DNA from: Myxococcota bacterium
Lineage (GTDB): Bacteria; Myxococcota_A; UBA9160; UBA6930
NCBI GenBank assembly: GCA_965223415.1
Contig: OZ245002.1
Coordinates: forward strand, 2,944,001-3,008,000
Reading direction: 5' to 3'
DNA length: 64,000 nt
The position numbers were made by a program, and so were the translations under genes. This document shows positions 52,343 to 62,675 of the stretch, piece after piece (position 1 is the first letter of the stretch; each line of letters starts with the position of its first letter). Under the pieces are notes generated by a model. It did no database searches. It had not been told where the DNA came from and saw only the letters and a program-made list of their open reading frames with translations.

Positions 52343-53902
52343 GTGAGCGCGCGCCCTCCCGGCTACTACGAGCAATCGCTCTGGGCCTATACCGACGCCT
52401 GCAGCTACGCCCCAGGCGAGACCGTGACGTTCTTCGTCTCGAGCCCCACTCCGGAGGTGAGCTGCAGCGTCTCGCGGGTGGGTGCGGACGAGGCGGAGGT
52501 CCACGCGCTGGCCGGCATCCGGGCGGGTCATCACGAGACCCCGGGCGACGCCTACCGGGAGGGCTGCGGTTGGCCGGACACCTTCGCCCTCCGCGTGGGA
52601 AGCGATTGGCCGAGCGGGTACTACCGGGTGCGGCTGCGCGCGGGCGAGCTCTCCGCCGAGCACTTCTTCGTGGTGCGATCGGCACGGCCCGGCGCGCAGG
52701 CGCGCCACGTGCTCGTTCTCGCCACCAACACCTACCAGGCCTACAACGGCTGGGGTGGCCTGAACCTCTACGGCAACGACGCCAGCTTCGCCGACAGTCC
52801 CGACCAGCTCGTGCACCGGCCCACGCCCGCGCCGGTGGTCGCGTGGGATCGCCCCTACTCGCGCTGCCTCGTGGCCTCCCCGGTACCGACGCGCATCCCC
52901 ACCTCCGGTCGGCGCGACATGGGCGCGCCCCTCGGGCTGCCCGACGCCACGGCCGAGCTGGTGGCCGCCGGCGCTTCGATCTGGGACATGCCGGCGGGCT
53001 TCCTCCACAAGTGGGAGCAGCAGTTCGTAGCGTGGGCCGAGCGAGCCGGCGTCGCCCTCGACTACCTCGCCCAGAGCGACCTGGACGCCGACCCGAACGC
53101 CCTCGATCCCTACTCTTCCTACCTGAGCGTCGGCCATGACGAGTACTGGACCTGGGAGGAGCGCGACGTCGTCGAGGCCTTCGTCGATGCGGGAGGCAGC
53201 GCGTCGTTCTTCTCGGGCAATACCTGCTTCTGGCAGGTGCGCTTCGAACGCGACGGCCACGCGATGGCGGGCTACAAGTTCACGGCGCCCCAGGACGATC
53301 CGGTGCTCGGGACCGACCGCCAGCACCTCGTGACGAGCCTGTGGTCGGACCCCCTGATCGGCCGGCCGGAGACGCGGATGACCGGCGTAAGCTTCGCCCG
53401 CGCGGGCTACGCGCGGGCCGGCTACGCCCTCTCCCGTGGGATCGCCGGCTACACCGTGTACCGTCCGGAGCACTGGTGCCTGGAGGGAACGGATCTCTTC
53501 TACGGAGACGTGATCGGCGACGATTCGGCGCTCGTCGCCTACGAGACCGACGGCTGCACCTTCCGCTTCGAGGAGGGGCGACCCGTCCCCACGGGTGAGG
53601 ACGGCGCGCCGACGGACTTCGAGATCGTCGGCATCGCCCCCGCGACCCTCGGCGAGCCGGATCCCCCGCCCGGCGAAGGACTGCTCGGCCGGGACGACGC
53701 CGAGTTCGTCGCCTCCCGTCTCTTCGGCGGCGACACCGAGCGGGCACTGCGAGGCCACGCGACCTTCGGGAGCTTCCGGCGCGGCCAGGGCGAGGTGTTC
53801 ACCGCAGGCACCACCGAGTGGGCGTGGGCGCTGGCAGCGGGCGATCCCTTCATCGACCGGATCACGCGCAACGTCCTGGAGCGCGCTCAAGCAGGCCGCT
53901 GA
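52343..53902 (+). CDS. N,N-dimethylformamidase large-subunit-like protein
   Basis: TNTYQAYN.WGG.NLY, VGHDEYWT, FSGNTCFWQVR, YETDG. Confidence 0.82.
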   Translation: MSARPPGYYEQSLWAYTDACSYAPGETVTFFVSSPTPEVSCSVSRVGADEAEVHALAGIRAGHHETPGDAYREGCGWPDTFALRVGSDWPSGYYRVRLRAGELSAEHFFVVRSARPGAQARHVLVLATNTYQAYNGWGGLNLYGNDASFADSPDQLVHRPTPAPVVAWDRPYSRCLVASPVPTRIPTSGRRDMGAPLGLPDATAELVAAGASIWDMPAGFLHKWEQQFVAWAERAGVALDYLAQSDLDADPNALDPYSSYLSVGHDEYWTWEERDVVEAFVDAGGSASFFSGNTCFWQVRFERDGHAMAGYKFTAPQDDPVLGTDRQHLVTSLWSDPLIGRPETRMTGVSFARAGYARAGYALSRGIAGYTVYRPEHWCLEGTDLFYGDVIGDDSALVAYETDGCTFRFEEGRPVPTGEDGAPTDFEIVGIAPATLGEPDPPPGEGLLGRDDAEFVASRLFGGDTERALRGHATFGSFRRGQGEVFTAGTTEWAWALAAGDPFIDRITRNVLERAQAGR

Positions 53903-53941
53903 ATCCGGGGCGCCTCCGGCCGAGCTACGCTCCCCGTCGGG

Positions 53942-55087
53942 ATGGAGCCCGGAGCCCGCGAAGACCAGGCGCTGCTGCGCGAGACCACCCGCAAGTTCCT
54001 CGAGGCGGAGGTGCCCCTCACCACCGTGCGGGCGCTGGCAGACGAGGCCAACGGCTTCGACCGCGGCTGGTGGAAGCGCGGCGCGGAGCTCGGCTGGACG
54101 TCGATGCTCGTCCCCGAGGAGCATGGAGGCGGCAGCCTGGGCGGCGGTCTCGCCGATCTGGCGATCGTGGCGGAGGAGAGGGGCCGGCTCGTCTCGCCCG
54201 GGCCCTTGCTGCCAACGAACGTGGTCGCCGCAGCGGTGGCCGCGCGCGGAACGCCGGACCAGCGCGAAGCCATCCTGCCGGCGATCGTCGAAGGCGACCT
54301 GGTAGCGAGCTGGGCCCTGGCCGAGCCGGGCGGGCGTTGGCTGGCCGGAGACCTGACCGCGACTGCCGAGGCTCGCGGTGACGACTTCGTCCTCCACGGC
54401 ACCAAAGCGCCAGTGGAGGCAGGCGCCCAGGCGGATCACCTGCTCGTGACCGCACGCAGCACCGACGGTCCGATCCAGCTCCTCGTGCCCGCCGATGCGC
54501 CGGGGCTGCAGCGCGTCCCGATGGAGAGCATCGACCTGGTGCGCCGCTTCGCCGAGCTGCGCTTCGACGACGTCGTGCTCCCGCGTTCGACGTTGCTAGG
54601 CGAAGCCGGGACCGCCGCTGGGGACGACATCGAGCGCCAGCTCCAGATCGCGGTGGCCCTGCAGTGCGCCGAGACCGTCGGCGCCGTGGAGCGGGTGTTC
54701 GAGACGACCCTCGCCTACATGTTCGAGCGCTTCTCCTTCGGCCGCCCTCTCGCGTCCTACCAGGCCCTGAAGCACCGCTTCGCGGACATGAAGATGTGGC
54801 TCGAGGCGTGCCACGCCAGCGCCGAGGCCGCCGCCCTCGCGGTGGAGGCTGGGAGCGAAGAGGCCGCGGTGCTCGCCAGCGCCACGAAGTCCTACGTCGG
54901 CGACCACGGTGTGCAGATCCTCCAGGAGTGCGTCCAGATGCACGGGGGCATGGGCGTTACCTGGGAGCACGACGCGCACCTCTACCTGCGCCGCGCCACC
55001 CAGAACCGCGGCCTCTACGGAACGCCGAGCGAGCACCGGGAGCGGATCGCTGCGCGGATCGGCCTCGACGGCGAGGAGACGGCATGA
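53942..55087 (+). CDS. Acyl-CoA dehydrogenase family protein
   Basis: FGRPLASYQALKHRFAD, Q.HGGMG.TWEHD.HLYLRRA. Confidence 0.9.
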   Translation: MEPGAREDQALLRETTRKFLEAEVPLTTVRALADEANGFDRGWWKRGAELGWTSMLVPEEHGGGSLGGGLADLAIVAEERGRLVSPGPLLPTNVVAAAVAARGTPDQREAILPAIVEGDLVASWALAEPGGRWLAGDLTATAEARGDDFVLHGTKAPVEAGAQADHLLVTARSTDGPIQLLVPADAPGLQRVPMESIDLVRRFAELRFDDVVLPRSTLLGEAGTAAGDDIERQLQIAVALQCAETVGAVERVFETTLAYMFERFSFGRPLASYQALKHRFADMKMWLEACHASAEAAALAVEAGSEEAAVLASATKSYVGDHGVQILQECVQMHGGMGVTWEHDAHLYLRRATQNRGLYGTPSEHRERIAARIGLDGEETA

Positions 55088-56322
55088 GCGAGAGCGTCCC
55101 GGCCTTCCGCGAGCGGGCCCGGGCCTGGCTCGCCCGGAACCTGCCGCCGGACACCGGAGCCCTCTGGGCCCTGGGCGACATGGAGCGCTGGGACCGGGCC
55201 CGGGAGCTGCAACGGCAGCTCTTCGATGCGGGCTTCGCCGGCCTCTGCTTCCCGGAGGCGTACGGCGGCCGGGGCCTGAGCGTCGCCCACCAGCGCGCCT
55301 TCGAGGCCGAGTCGGAGGGCTACGAGATGCCGACGCCCCTCGACATCCCGACCTTCGGCATCATCGCCGCGACGCTGCTGGATTTCGGCACCGAGACCCA
55401 GAAGGAGCGCCACCTCCCCCGCATCCTGCGCGGCGAGGAAATCTGGGTGCAGCTGCTCTCGGAGCCGACGGGAGGCTCGGACCTGGCCTCGGTGCTCACC
55501 CGCGCGACGCCGAAGGGCGACCACTTCCTGCTGAGCGGCTCCAAGGTGTGGAGCTCCGGCGCCTACGCCGCCGACTACGGCCTGTGCGTCTGCCGCACCA
55601 ACTGGGACGTGCCGAAGCACGACGGCATCAGCGTGCTGATCGTGAAGATGGACGCACCCGGCGTGACCGTGGACCGCATCCGCGGCGTCGCCGGCGACGA
55701 CGAGTTCTGCCAGGAGTTCTTCGACGACGTGCGCATCCCGGCGGACGACGTGGTCGGCGAGGTGGACGCCGGATGGACCGTGGTGCGCGGGCTCCTCGGC
55801 CACGAGCGCAACTCGATGGGGAGCGCCTCCCCCTACGCGCCGGGGCCCAGCCGGGTGATCGCGCCCAACGCCAAGACGGAGCTCGTCGGGTTGGCCCGGC
55901 TGCGCGGCCTGGCCAAGGATCCGCGTGCGCGGCAGCTCGTGGCCGAGGCCCACGTGCTGGGCCTCGTCCAGGGCCAGACCGCACGACGGGTGACCGGCGC
56001 CATGACCCGCGGCGAGCTGCCGCCCCCCGCCGGCGCCATCCTGCGCCTGATGGGCGCGCGCCACGCGGTGCGCCGCACCGACATCGCCCTCGAGCTGGCC
56101 GGCGACGGCGCCGGGGTGTGGCACGAGGGCGATGCGGAGGGCCTCGTCGGCACCCGCTACCTGGCGCGGCAGGGCAGCGAGCTCGGCGGCGGCAGCACCG
56201 AGATCCAGCGCAACATCGTGAGCGAGCGCGTGCTCGGCATGCCGCGGGAGCCGGCAGCCGACCGCGGTGTACCCTTCAACCAGGTGCGGCGGAACGCTCT
56301 GCCCGGCCGCACGACGGACTGA
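55084..56322 (+). CDS. Acyl-CoA dehydrogenase family protein
   Basis: LSEPTGGSDLA, KVWSS, GGGSTEIQRNIVSERVLG; ATGA overlap. Confidence 0.92.
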   Translation: MSESVPAFRERARAWLARNLPPDTGALWALGDMERWDRARELQRQLFDAGFAGLCFPEAYGGRGLSVAHQRAFEAESEGYEMPTPLDIPTFGIIAATLLDFGTETQKERHLPRILRGEEIWVQLLSEPTGGSDLASVLTRATPKGDHFLLSGSKVWSSGAYAADYGLCVCRTNWDVPKHDGISVLIVKMDAPGVTVDRIRGVAGDDEFCQEFFDDVRIPADDVVGEVDAGWTVVRGLLGHERNSMGSASPYAPGPSRVIAPNAKTELVGLARLRGLAKDPRARQLVAEAHVLGLVQGQTARRVTGAMTRGELPPPAGAILRLMGARHAVRRTDIALELAGDGAGVWHEGDAEGLVGTRYLARQGSELGGGSTEIQRNIVSERVLGMPREPAADRGVPFNQVRRNALPGRTTD

Positions 56323-56335
56323 CCAGGAGAAGGCC

Positions 56336-57544
56336 ATGCCTCGCGAGATCGACTTCCCCGTCTTCGACGCCGACAACCACCTCTACGAGACCCCGGAGGC
56401 CTTCACCCGTCACCTCCCGAAGCAGTACGAGGACCTGATCAAGTACGTGGAGGTGAAGGGCCGCACCAAGGTCGCGATCCAGAACCGCATCTCGGACTAC
56501 ATCCCGAACCCCACCTTCAACGTCGTCGCGCCGCCGGGCGCCTGGGAGGAGCGCTACAAGCACCAGAACCCGGACTCGAAGACGAAGCCCGGACAGGAAG
56601 CGAAGAAGCCGGTGCCGCGCTCGGTCCCCTCCATCCCGGCGTACTTCGAGCCCGAGCCCCGGCTGAAGCTGCTGGACGAGCTCGGCATCGACCGCGCGCT
56701 CATGTGGCCCACCCTGGCGAGCGTGCTCGAGGAGCGCCTCGCCGCGGATCCAGTCGCCACCCACGTCGTCGTGCACGCCTTCAACCAGTGGCTCCACGAG
56801 CAGTGGAGCTTCGACTACGAGGGCCGGATCTTCACCACGCCGGTCATCACGCTGCCCATCGTCGAGCGCGCGATCGAGGAGCTCGCCTGGGTGGTCGAGC
56901 GCGGCGCGAAGGCGATCCTGATCCGGCCGGCGCCGGTGCCCGACTTCAACGGCCGCCGCCGCTCCTTCGCCCTGCCCGAGTTCGACCCCTTCTGGGAGGC
57001 CGTCCAGGAGGCGGACATCCTGGTGGGCATGCACGCCTCGGACAGCGGCTTCCAGCGCTACCTGAACGAATACGAGGGATGGGACGACGAGTTCCTCCCC
57101 TTCAAGGGCGGGCGCAGCGCCTTCTCCGCCCTCGTGAACGCCGACAACCGCCCGATCACCGACGTGCTCAGCTCGGTCATCGGCCACGGCCTGGCGACCC
57201 GCTTCCCCAGGCTGCGCATCCTCCCCGTCGAGAACGGCAGCGCCTGGGTGCGACCGCTGGTGCAGAAGTTCCAGCGCGTCTACGAGCGCTCCCCGCAGCT
57301 CTTCGACGAGGATCCGATGGGCGCCTTCCGGCGCTGCGTCTGGGTGCACCCCTTCCACGAGGAAGACCCGGTGGGCCTCGCGGAGCTGATCGGCGTGGGG
57401 AACGTGTGCTTCGGATCGGACTACCCACATCCGGAGGGGATGAGCGACCCGGTGTCCTTCGTCGACGAGCTGGGCGCCCTGCCGGCCCAGGATCAGGCGA
57501 GGATCATGGGCGGGAACCTCGCCGGGATCATGAAGGTGGCCTGA
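56336..57544 (+). CDS. Amidohydrolase_2 family protein
   Basis: DADNHLYE, ENGSAW, FGSDYPHPEG. Confidence 0.9.
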   Translation: MPREIDFPVFDADNHLYETPEAFTRHLPKQYEDLIKYVEVKGRTKVAIQNRISDYIPNPTFNVVAPPGAWEERYKHQNPDSKTKPGQEAKKPVPRSVPSIPAYFEPEPRLKLLDELGIDRALMWPTLASVLEERLAADPVATHVVVHAFNQWLHEQWSFDYEGRIFTTPVITLPIVERAIEELAWVVERGAKAILIRPAPVPDFNGRRRSFALPEFDPFWEAVQEADILVGMHASDSGFQRYLNEYEGWDDEFLPFKGGRSAFSALVNADNRPITDVLSSVIGHGLATRFPRLRILPVENGSAWVRPLVQKFQRVYERSPQLFDEDPMGAFRRCVWVHPFHEEDPVGLAELIGVGNVCFGSDYPHPEGMSDPVSFVDELGALPAQDQARIMGGNLAGIMKVA

Positions 57545-57782
57545 CCTCGGCCTGATCCTCCAGCGGCTTCCAGTGGAAGAGGCCGTAGATCAGGGTCTGC
57601 ACGAAGTGCTGCGCCATGGAGCCGCCCGCGGCCTCCATGACCGGACGCTTCACCACGAATTCGGCCACGTGGGCGATCAACGTGGCCCAGAAGGCGACGT
57701 GCCCCGCCGTCTGCACCCAGCCCGTTCCCCAGACGATCGCGGCAGCCGCTCCCAACCAGAGGATCCACACGCTGTACTTCAC
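57528..57782 (-). CDS. Small membrane protein (DUF1145-like)
   Basis: GGAGG RBS; TM helices; AHVAEF...HFVQTLIYGLFHW. Confidence 0.65.
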   Translation of the reverse strand: MKYSVWILWLGAAAAIVWGTGWVQTAGHVAFWATLIAHVAEFVVKRPVMEAAGGSMAQHFVQTLIYGLFHWKPLEDQAEVRPPS

Positions 57783-58075
57783 GCTCTTCCTCCCGTGCAA
57801 CGGCAGCCTATCACAGCGATGGGGCTACCCGATCGGTGGCGGTCGGAGCGCGTCGATGCCTGCGGCGGAAGGGGGCTGGAGATCGGGCGCCGTGAGGTCG
57901 AGCTCGCCCCCCCTGAGTCGGCCCGACGAGGGCTCGCCACCAGTTGGCGATCGAGCCCGCGCCCAGACACAAGGAGGCCACGCCCAGCGCCGCGGCGAAG
58001 AGAGGAACGTGCACCCGGGGCGCCGTCGAAGACGGCGGCGACCTCGGGGCTCTGGATCGACGTCGTCCCTGAACG

Positions 58076-59128
58076 CTAGGCGAAGTTCGCTTGTGCCTCG
58101 GTCGCCGCGACCACGTTCTCCTGCAGGTGGGCGAGCGTCCCCATGTCGGCGTTGACCACGTCGAGACCATTGGCGAGGACGTAGGCGTAGCTGCGCTGGA
58201 AGGGCGAGAGGGCGGCGGCCAGGAGCTTCGCGTCGTAGTAGCCGTCGAAGGCCTCGAGCTTCTTCCACCAGCCGAGGACCGGCAGGCCGGCGATGTGCCG
58301 GGCCGCCTTCATGCCGACGAGGCCGATCCCGGCCGCGCGGGCCTTCTCGAGCACGGGCCGGAGCTCGCTCATCGGCGGCGTGCCCTCGAGCACGCCCTTG
58401 CTCTCCCAGTCGTACCAGCCGGCCGGCGTGATGGCGATCATCGCCAGGTCGTACCGGCCCGTCTCCGCCGCCGCGAGCAGCACCTTCTCCGCATTGCGGT
58501 GGGTGCTGAGGCCCAGGTGCGTGACCTTCCCGGCCTGCTTCGCGTCCTGGAAGGTCCGGTAGATCTCGTCGCTCGCAATGAGCGAGGGGTTGTACGAGGC
58601 CATCAGATAGTAAGCGTCGACGTGGTCGACCTGCAGCTCCCGGAGGCTCTGCTCGAGGCGTCCCTGCCAGATGACGGCCGCCTGCTTCGCCTGCTGGGCG
58701 GTGACCTCCTGGTTCGGCTCGGCCTCGACGTCCGCCGGCGCCTTCGAGATGAGGAAGATCTCGTCGCGTGCCTTCTTGAGGAACGGAGCCAGGTTCGTCT
58801 CGGCGTTGCGGTAGTAGCCGCTGTAGCCCACGTCGAAGACGTTGATCCCGGCGTCGCGGGCCGCCTGGAGCAGGGCGTCCTTGGGCCGGAACATGAGGGC
58901 GGCACCGCAGCCGAACACCAGGCGACTCGCGTTCCAATCGGTGCGGCCGAGCTTGCGGTAGGTCATCTCCGGCCAGGCGGCCTCGGCGCCGCCGGCCTCC
59001 CGTGCGGCGTAGATGGCGGCTCGGGCGTCCCCCGAATCGAGGAGCGTCTTCCAGGCGACGGCGAGCATGGCGCTGGCCTGGAGAAAGCGCCGGCGGGTGA
59101 GGGAAGCGGACTCGGGGTCGGGTCCCAT
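58076..59128 (-). CDS. Tat-signal aldo/keto reductase
   Basis: TRRRFLQ; YRKLGRT, GINVFD, SLRELQVDHVD, G.V..LGLSTH, GMK. Confidence 0.88.
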   Translation of the reverse strand: MGPDPESASLTRRRFLQASAMLAVAWKTLLDSGDARAAIYAAREAGGAEAAWPEMTYRKLGRTDWNASRLVFGCGAALMFRPKDALLQAARDAGINVFDVGYSGYYRNAETNLAPFLKKARDEIFLISKAPADVEAEPNQEVTAQQAKQAAVIWQGRLEQSLRELQVDHVDAYYLMASYNPSLIASDEIYRTFQDAKQAGKVTHLGLSTHRNAEKVLLAAAETGRYDLAMIAITPAGWYDWESKGVLEGTPPMSELRPVLEKARAAGIGLVGMKAARHIAGLPVLGWWKKLEAFDGYYDAKLLAAALSPFQRSYAYVLANGLDVVNADMGTLAHLQENVVAATEAQANFA

Positions 59129-59169
59129 CGCTGACTCCTGGGAAAGAGGTAGGGAGAGGATACAGGCGT

Positions 59170-60147
59170 TCAGGACTGGCGCGCGAAGGCCAGCGCGCGC
59201 TCGGTCGCCCGGCGGCCCTCGGCGATGGCCTCGTCGCCGCGATCGAGATCGAGCAGCGCGAAGTCCGGCAGCCGCGGCGTCACCAGCAGGTCCGGCGGCT
59301 CGCCGGCCATGCGGCTGCGCGTGATCCGCACCTGCATGATGGCGAGGCTGTTCGCGAGCACCTCGTAGAGGGAGGGCTGGCTCGGATCCCGCGGCGGGTC
59401 CGTGGCCGCGACCCGCTGGCGCAGCTCCCGCGCCCAGGCCTCCACCGTGGCACGGAGCCGGCTCTCCTCACCGCCGTCGGCCTCTTCGCCGGCCTGCTCC
59501 AGACTCGCCGTGTCCGTCGCCTCGCCGCTCTCCTCGCTCGCGGGCTCGGTCTCGGCGGCGATCCGCGCCTGGATGTCCCGGCGTCCGAGCAGGATGGTGT
59601 TGAGGTCCACCGCGATGACGCTGTCCGCGCCCATCGCTCGGCACAGCGAGATCGGCACCGGGTTCACGAGGCCCCCGTCCACCAGCCAACGCCCCGCCCG
59701 GCCGGCCGGCGTGATCAACCCAGGCATGGCGACGGACGCGCGCAGCGCCTCGTGCAGCGAGCCCTCCCGCAGCCACACCTCCTGGCCCGTGGCGAGATCG
59801 GTCGCGACGGCGCCAAAGGCCCGGGGTAGCGCCGCGATGTCGCAGTCCGGCAGCTCCGGCGACATGAAGGAGAAGAACTGCGTGCCCTTCAGCAACCCGC
59901 CGCGGAAGGAGAGATCGAGGTTGCGCAGCACCCGCGTTCGGTCGAGGCCTGCCACCCACTTCTCGAAGGCGTCGAGGTTGCCCGACGCGTACGCCGCACC
60001 GACGACTGCGCCGACGCTGCTGCCACTCACCACCTCGGGCTCGATGCCCGCGGCCTGTAGCGCACGGATCACCCCGATGTGCGCCCAGCCGCGGGCGGCG
60101 CCGCTGCCGAGGGCGAGACCGATGCGGCCGGGGAGGAGGGTCGACAT
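59170..60147 (-). CDS. Patatin-like phospholipase (RssA-like)
   Basis: GSGAARGWAH, GSSVG, DGG. Confidence 0.92.
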   Translation of the reverse strand: MSTLLPGRIGLALGSGAARGWAHIGVIRALQAAGIEPEVVSGSSVGAVVGAAYASGNLDAFEKWVAGLDRTRVLRNLDLSFRGGLLKGTQFFSFMSPELPDCDIAALPRAFGAVATDLATGQEVWLREGSLHEALRASVAMPGLITPAGRAGRWLVDGGLVNPVPISLCRAMGADSVIAVDLNTILLGRRDIQARIAAETEPASEESGEATDTASLEQAGEEADGGEESRLRATVEAWARELRQRVAATDPPRDPSQPSLYEVLANSLAIMQVRITRSRMAGEPPDLLVTPRLPDFALLDLDRGDEAIAEGRRATERALAFARQS

Positions 60148-60212
60148 GGGGCTCTTCAGGGTAGGGACGCGGAGGGGCGCGGTCGACGACGAGGCGGCGC
60201 CGCTGCGACGAG

Positions 60213-60572
60213 CTAGGCGTAGGACGACTCCCGGAACCGCTTCCGGCCCACGCGCAGGATCCGCGCCCCCAGCACCACCACGGTCGCCACGCTGTTGATC
60301 GGTGCGAGCACCAGCGCGAGCCAGCTCTCGCCGAGGTCGAAGAGCGCCGTCGAGAGCGCCTGGGCCAGGAGCACCGCGAGCTCCTGGAGAGGCACGAACA
60401 GGAGGCCCCCGGCCACCAGGAGGAGCGCCGCCGCGCCGATCCATCCCGTCTCGGCGCGGAGCCGCGCGAAGCGCGTTCGCCTCATCACCTGGGCCGTGAA
60501 CGCCTCGCCGCCCAGCTCCTGCCGGGCTTCGCCGAACAGGGCCTCCAGGGTCGGATCCCGCTCGTCCGTCAT
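60213..60572 (-). CDS. Membrane protein, putative anti-sigma factor
   Basis: ATGA-coupled to the ECF sigma gene; short soluble N-terminus plus TM helices. Confidence 0.6.
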   Translation of the reverse strand: MTDERDPTLEALFGEARQELGGEAFTAQVMRRTRFARLRAETGWIGAAALLLVAGGLLFVPLQELAVLLAQALSTALFDLGESWLALVLAPINSVATVVVLGARILRVGRKRFRESSYA

Positions 60573-61138
60573 CGTGCTTCCTCCGCTCCGGGCTCGTCGC
60601 GATAGGCCGACAGGATCTCCCGAAGCTGCTTCGTGCCGCGTTGGATGTGGGACTTCACCGTGCCGAGCGGCTTGCCGACCAGCGCCGCGATCTCTCCGTG
60701 GCTCATCCCTTCGTGGTACGAGAGCACGATGCAGAGCCGCGCGCTCTCGGGCAGCGTCGCGAGGGCCGCGTCCAGATCCATGCCCTCGGCGGGCGCGTCG
60801 CGGGGTGCCACGGCGCGATCGGCCAGCTCGTCCGCCCCGCGCAGCGCGTCCTTCCTCCGCAGGTGCTGGAGCCACACCGAGATCGCCACCTTTCGCGCCC
60901 AGGCGCCGAAGGCCTGGGCTTGCTTCAATGTGCGCAGGCGCAGCCAGATCTGGAGGAGCGCCTGCTGCGCCAGATCGTCCGCCAACGTCGGATCGCCGCA
61001 GCAGCGCCGCATCAGGTTTCGCAGCCAGGATTGCCGCCGCCGCACGAGCTCCCCGAACGCCCGGCGATCGCCGCCCCGCGCCAGACTCACCAGGAACGCC
61101 TCCGGGCATTCCGGGTAGTACTCGTGCAGCTTCCGCAC
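60569..61138 (-). CDS. ECF RNA polymerase sigma factor
   Basis: LADDLAQQ region 2; EGMSHGEIA..GTVKSHIQRG region 4. Confidence 0.93.
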   Translation of the reverse strand: MRKLHEYYPECPEAFLVSLARGGDRRAFGELVRRRQSWLRNLMRRCCGDPTLADDLAQQALLQIWLRLRTLKQAQAFGAWARKVAISVWLQHLRRKDALRGADELADRAVAPRDAPAEGMDLDAALATLPESARLCIVLSYHEGMSHGEIAALVGKPLGTVKSHIQRGTKQLREILSAYRDEPGAEEAR

Positions 61139-61143
61139 GGATG

Positions 61144-61578
61144 CTAGGCGTCCAGCCGCCCGAGCTCCGCGTCGTCGTCGCCCTCGTACCAGCGCGCCGT
61201 GATCCGGGCGGCGATCAGGCATCCCACACCGAGGCACGCACACAACGCGCCGGCCCCGGCGACCGGATAGAAGACCTTCGCCGAGAGCGAGCTCAGGAAG
61301 AACGCGAGAACGACCAGCCCGACCGACACCGGCAGCAGCCAGAGCGCCGTGATCTTGAAGTCCCGATCCGGCCGCCCGCTGCCGCCTTCACCGGCGGCCA
61401 GCAGCTTCTCCAGCAGCCGCTGATCGATCGCCTGCCCGCTCTCGATCAGCCGCCGCACCGTCTCGTGCTGCGCCTCGCGCTTGCGGATGCCGTTCCAGGT
61501 GCTCGCCAGCACCGCGCAGGCCACGAAGCCCCAGAAGGCGAGGGCCGCCAGCCCTGCGCCCAGACCCAGCTCGTCCAT
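61144..61578 (-). CDS. Membrane protein (DUF6249-like)
   Basis: TM, then HETVRRLIESGQ, then two TMs; first gene of the ECF operon. Confidence 0.65.
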   Translation of the reverse strand: MDELGLGAGLAALAFWGFVACAVLASTWNGIRKREAQHETVRRLIESGQAIDQRLLEKLLAAGEGGSGRPDRDFKITALWLLPVSVGLVVLAFFLSSLSAKVFYPVAGAGALCACLGVGCLIAARITARWYEGDDDAELGRLDA

Positions 61579-61775
61579 GTCCGTCTCCCTCGAGGTGGTT
61601 GCTGATGGTGGAGAGGATGCGGGCGAGGGCGGTTTGGATGCACGAGAGCGAAAAACGGCGGAGAACGGAGCCGGGGGGACTCGAAAACCCGAGTGCGGAC
61701 GTGCGGTTGCGTAGACAAGGCAGGCCGGGTGTGCAGCCACGCCAGGCACGGTCGCGCCGATCTGCAGGTTCGAGA

Positions 61776-62675
61776 TCAGCTCTTGCGGCGCGGTCGCTTG
61801 GACTTGCGAGGGCTCTTCTTCGTTGCCCTCTTCGAGGCTCTGGTCTTGGTCTTGGTCTTGGTCTTGGTCTTGGACCTGGGTGAAGCGGGCTTCTTCGCTC
61901 GCGCTGCGCCCGGCTTCTTCCTCCTCGTTCGTCGGCCCACGTCTCCCGCGTCGATGTCCACGCCGAAGACGCCGGCCAGGTCGTCGGTCTCCAGCACGCG
62001 CGAGCGGCTCGATCTGCGCCTCGAAATCCCCTTCCCGAGGGCGTCCGTGACGAGCTCTCCGGGATCCACGCCGCGAAGACCGAACATCAGCTCGGGAGCG
62101 TCGTCAAGACGTGCGCCCACGCCATAGAGCACAGCAGCCACGTGCTTGCACAGCACCGCCCAATCCGGGCAGGAGCAGTCCAGAGCGATCTCCCGGGGAG
62201 CCGGGAAGAGGCCCTCCTTCCTCTTCGTCACGATCTCCATCACGCCGTCGGAGAGCTCGCCCCGCAGGAGTTCGACCAGCGTGTCGATCTGGCCGGCGCA
62301 ACGCGAACGGATACGCTTCCACTTCGCGGCGGAAAGCGGCTTGACTCGAAGCTCGACCTCGTAGAACTCGCTGCCGCTCACCAGCGCCGAGACGCTACCA
62401 CGATCGATCTGGAGATCGATCACCGATCCGTTCCGGACGTAGGTCTTCCCGCGCGGCAACCGGTTCGCGTAGTCGCTGTACGCCTCGATGTTCTCGCACC
62501 ACGCCCTGCCCCAGAACGTCCGGGCGATCCCGCGTCCCTGGATCACGATGGGATCCACCTCGCGACCCGACTCGCGCATCTGTGCGACCAGGCTCGCGGC
62601 CCGCCTGCGCCGTTCGCCCGCGGGGACGTAGGACCGCCATTCGAAGTCGGAACCTGCTTTCGATCGTCTTCTCAC
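61776..62675 (-). CDS. SWIM zinc-finger protein with Lys/Arg-rich tail
   Basis: NRLPRGKTYVRNGSV, CSCPDWAVLCKH; GTGA overlap with the SNF2 stop. Confidence 0.9.
   Translation of the reverse strand: MRRRSKAGSDFEWRSYVPAGERRRRAASLVAQMRESGREVDPIVIQGRGIARTFWGRAWCENIEAYSDYANRLPRGKTYVRNGSVIDLQIDRGSVSALVSGSEFYEVELRVKPLSAAKWKRIRSRCAGQIDTLVELLRGELSDGVMEIVTKRKEGLFPAPREIALDCSCPDWAVLCKHVAAVLYGVGARLDDAPELMFGLRGVDPGELVTDALGKGISRRRSSRSRVLETDDLAGVFGVDIDAGDVGRRTRRKKPGAARAKKPASPRSKTKTKTKTKTRASKRATKKSPRKSKRPRRKS
61841..61873. repeat. (TGGTCT)5 hexanucleotide repeat
   Basis: Encodes KTKTKTKTKT in the SWIM tail. Confidence 0.85.

Noticed and set aside
52073..54439. Apparent long N-terminal extension of alanine racemase
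   Set aside because: Antisense to the DMFase-like and ACAD genes; the real start is GTG 52072 with an RBS
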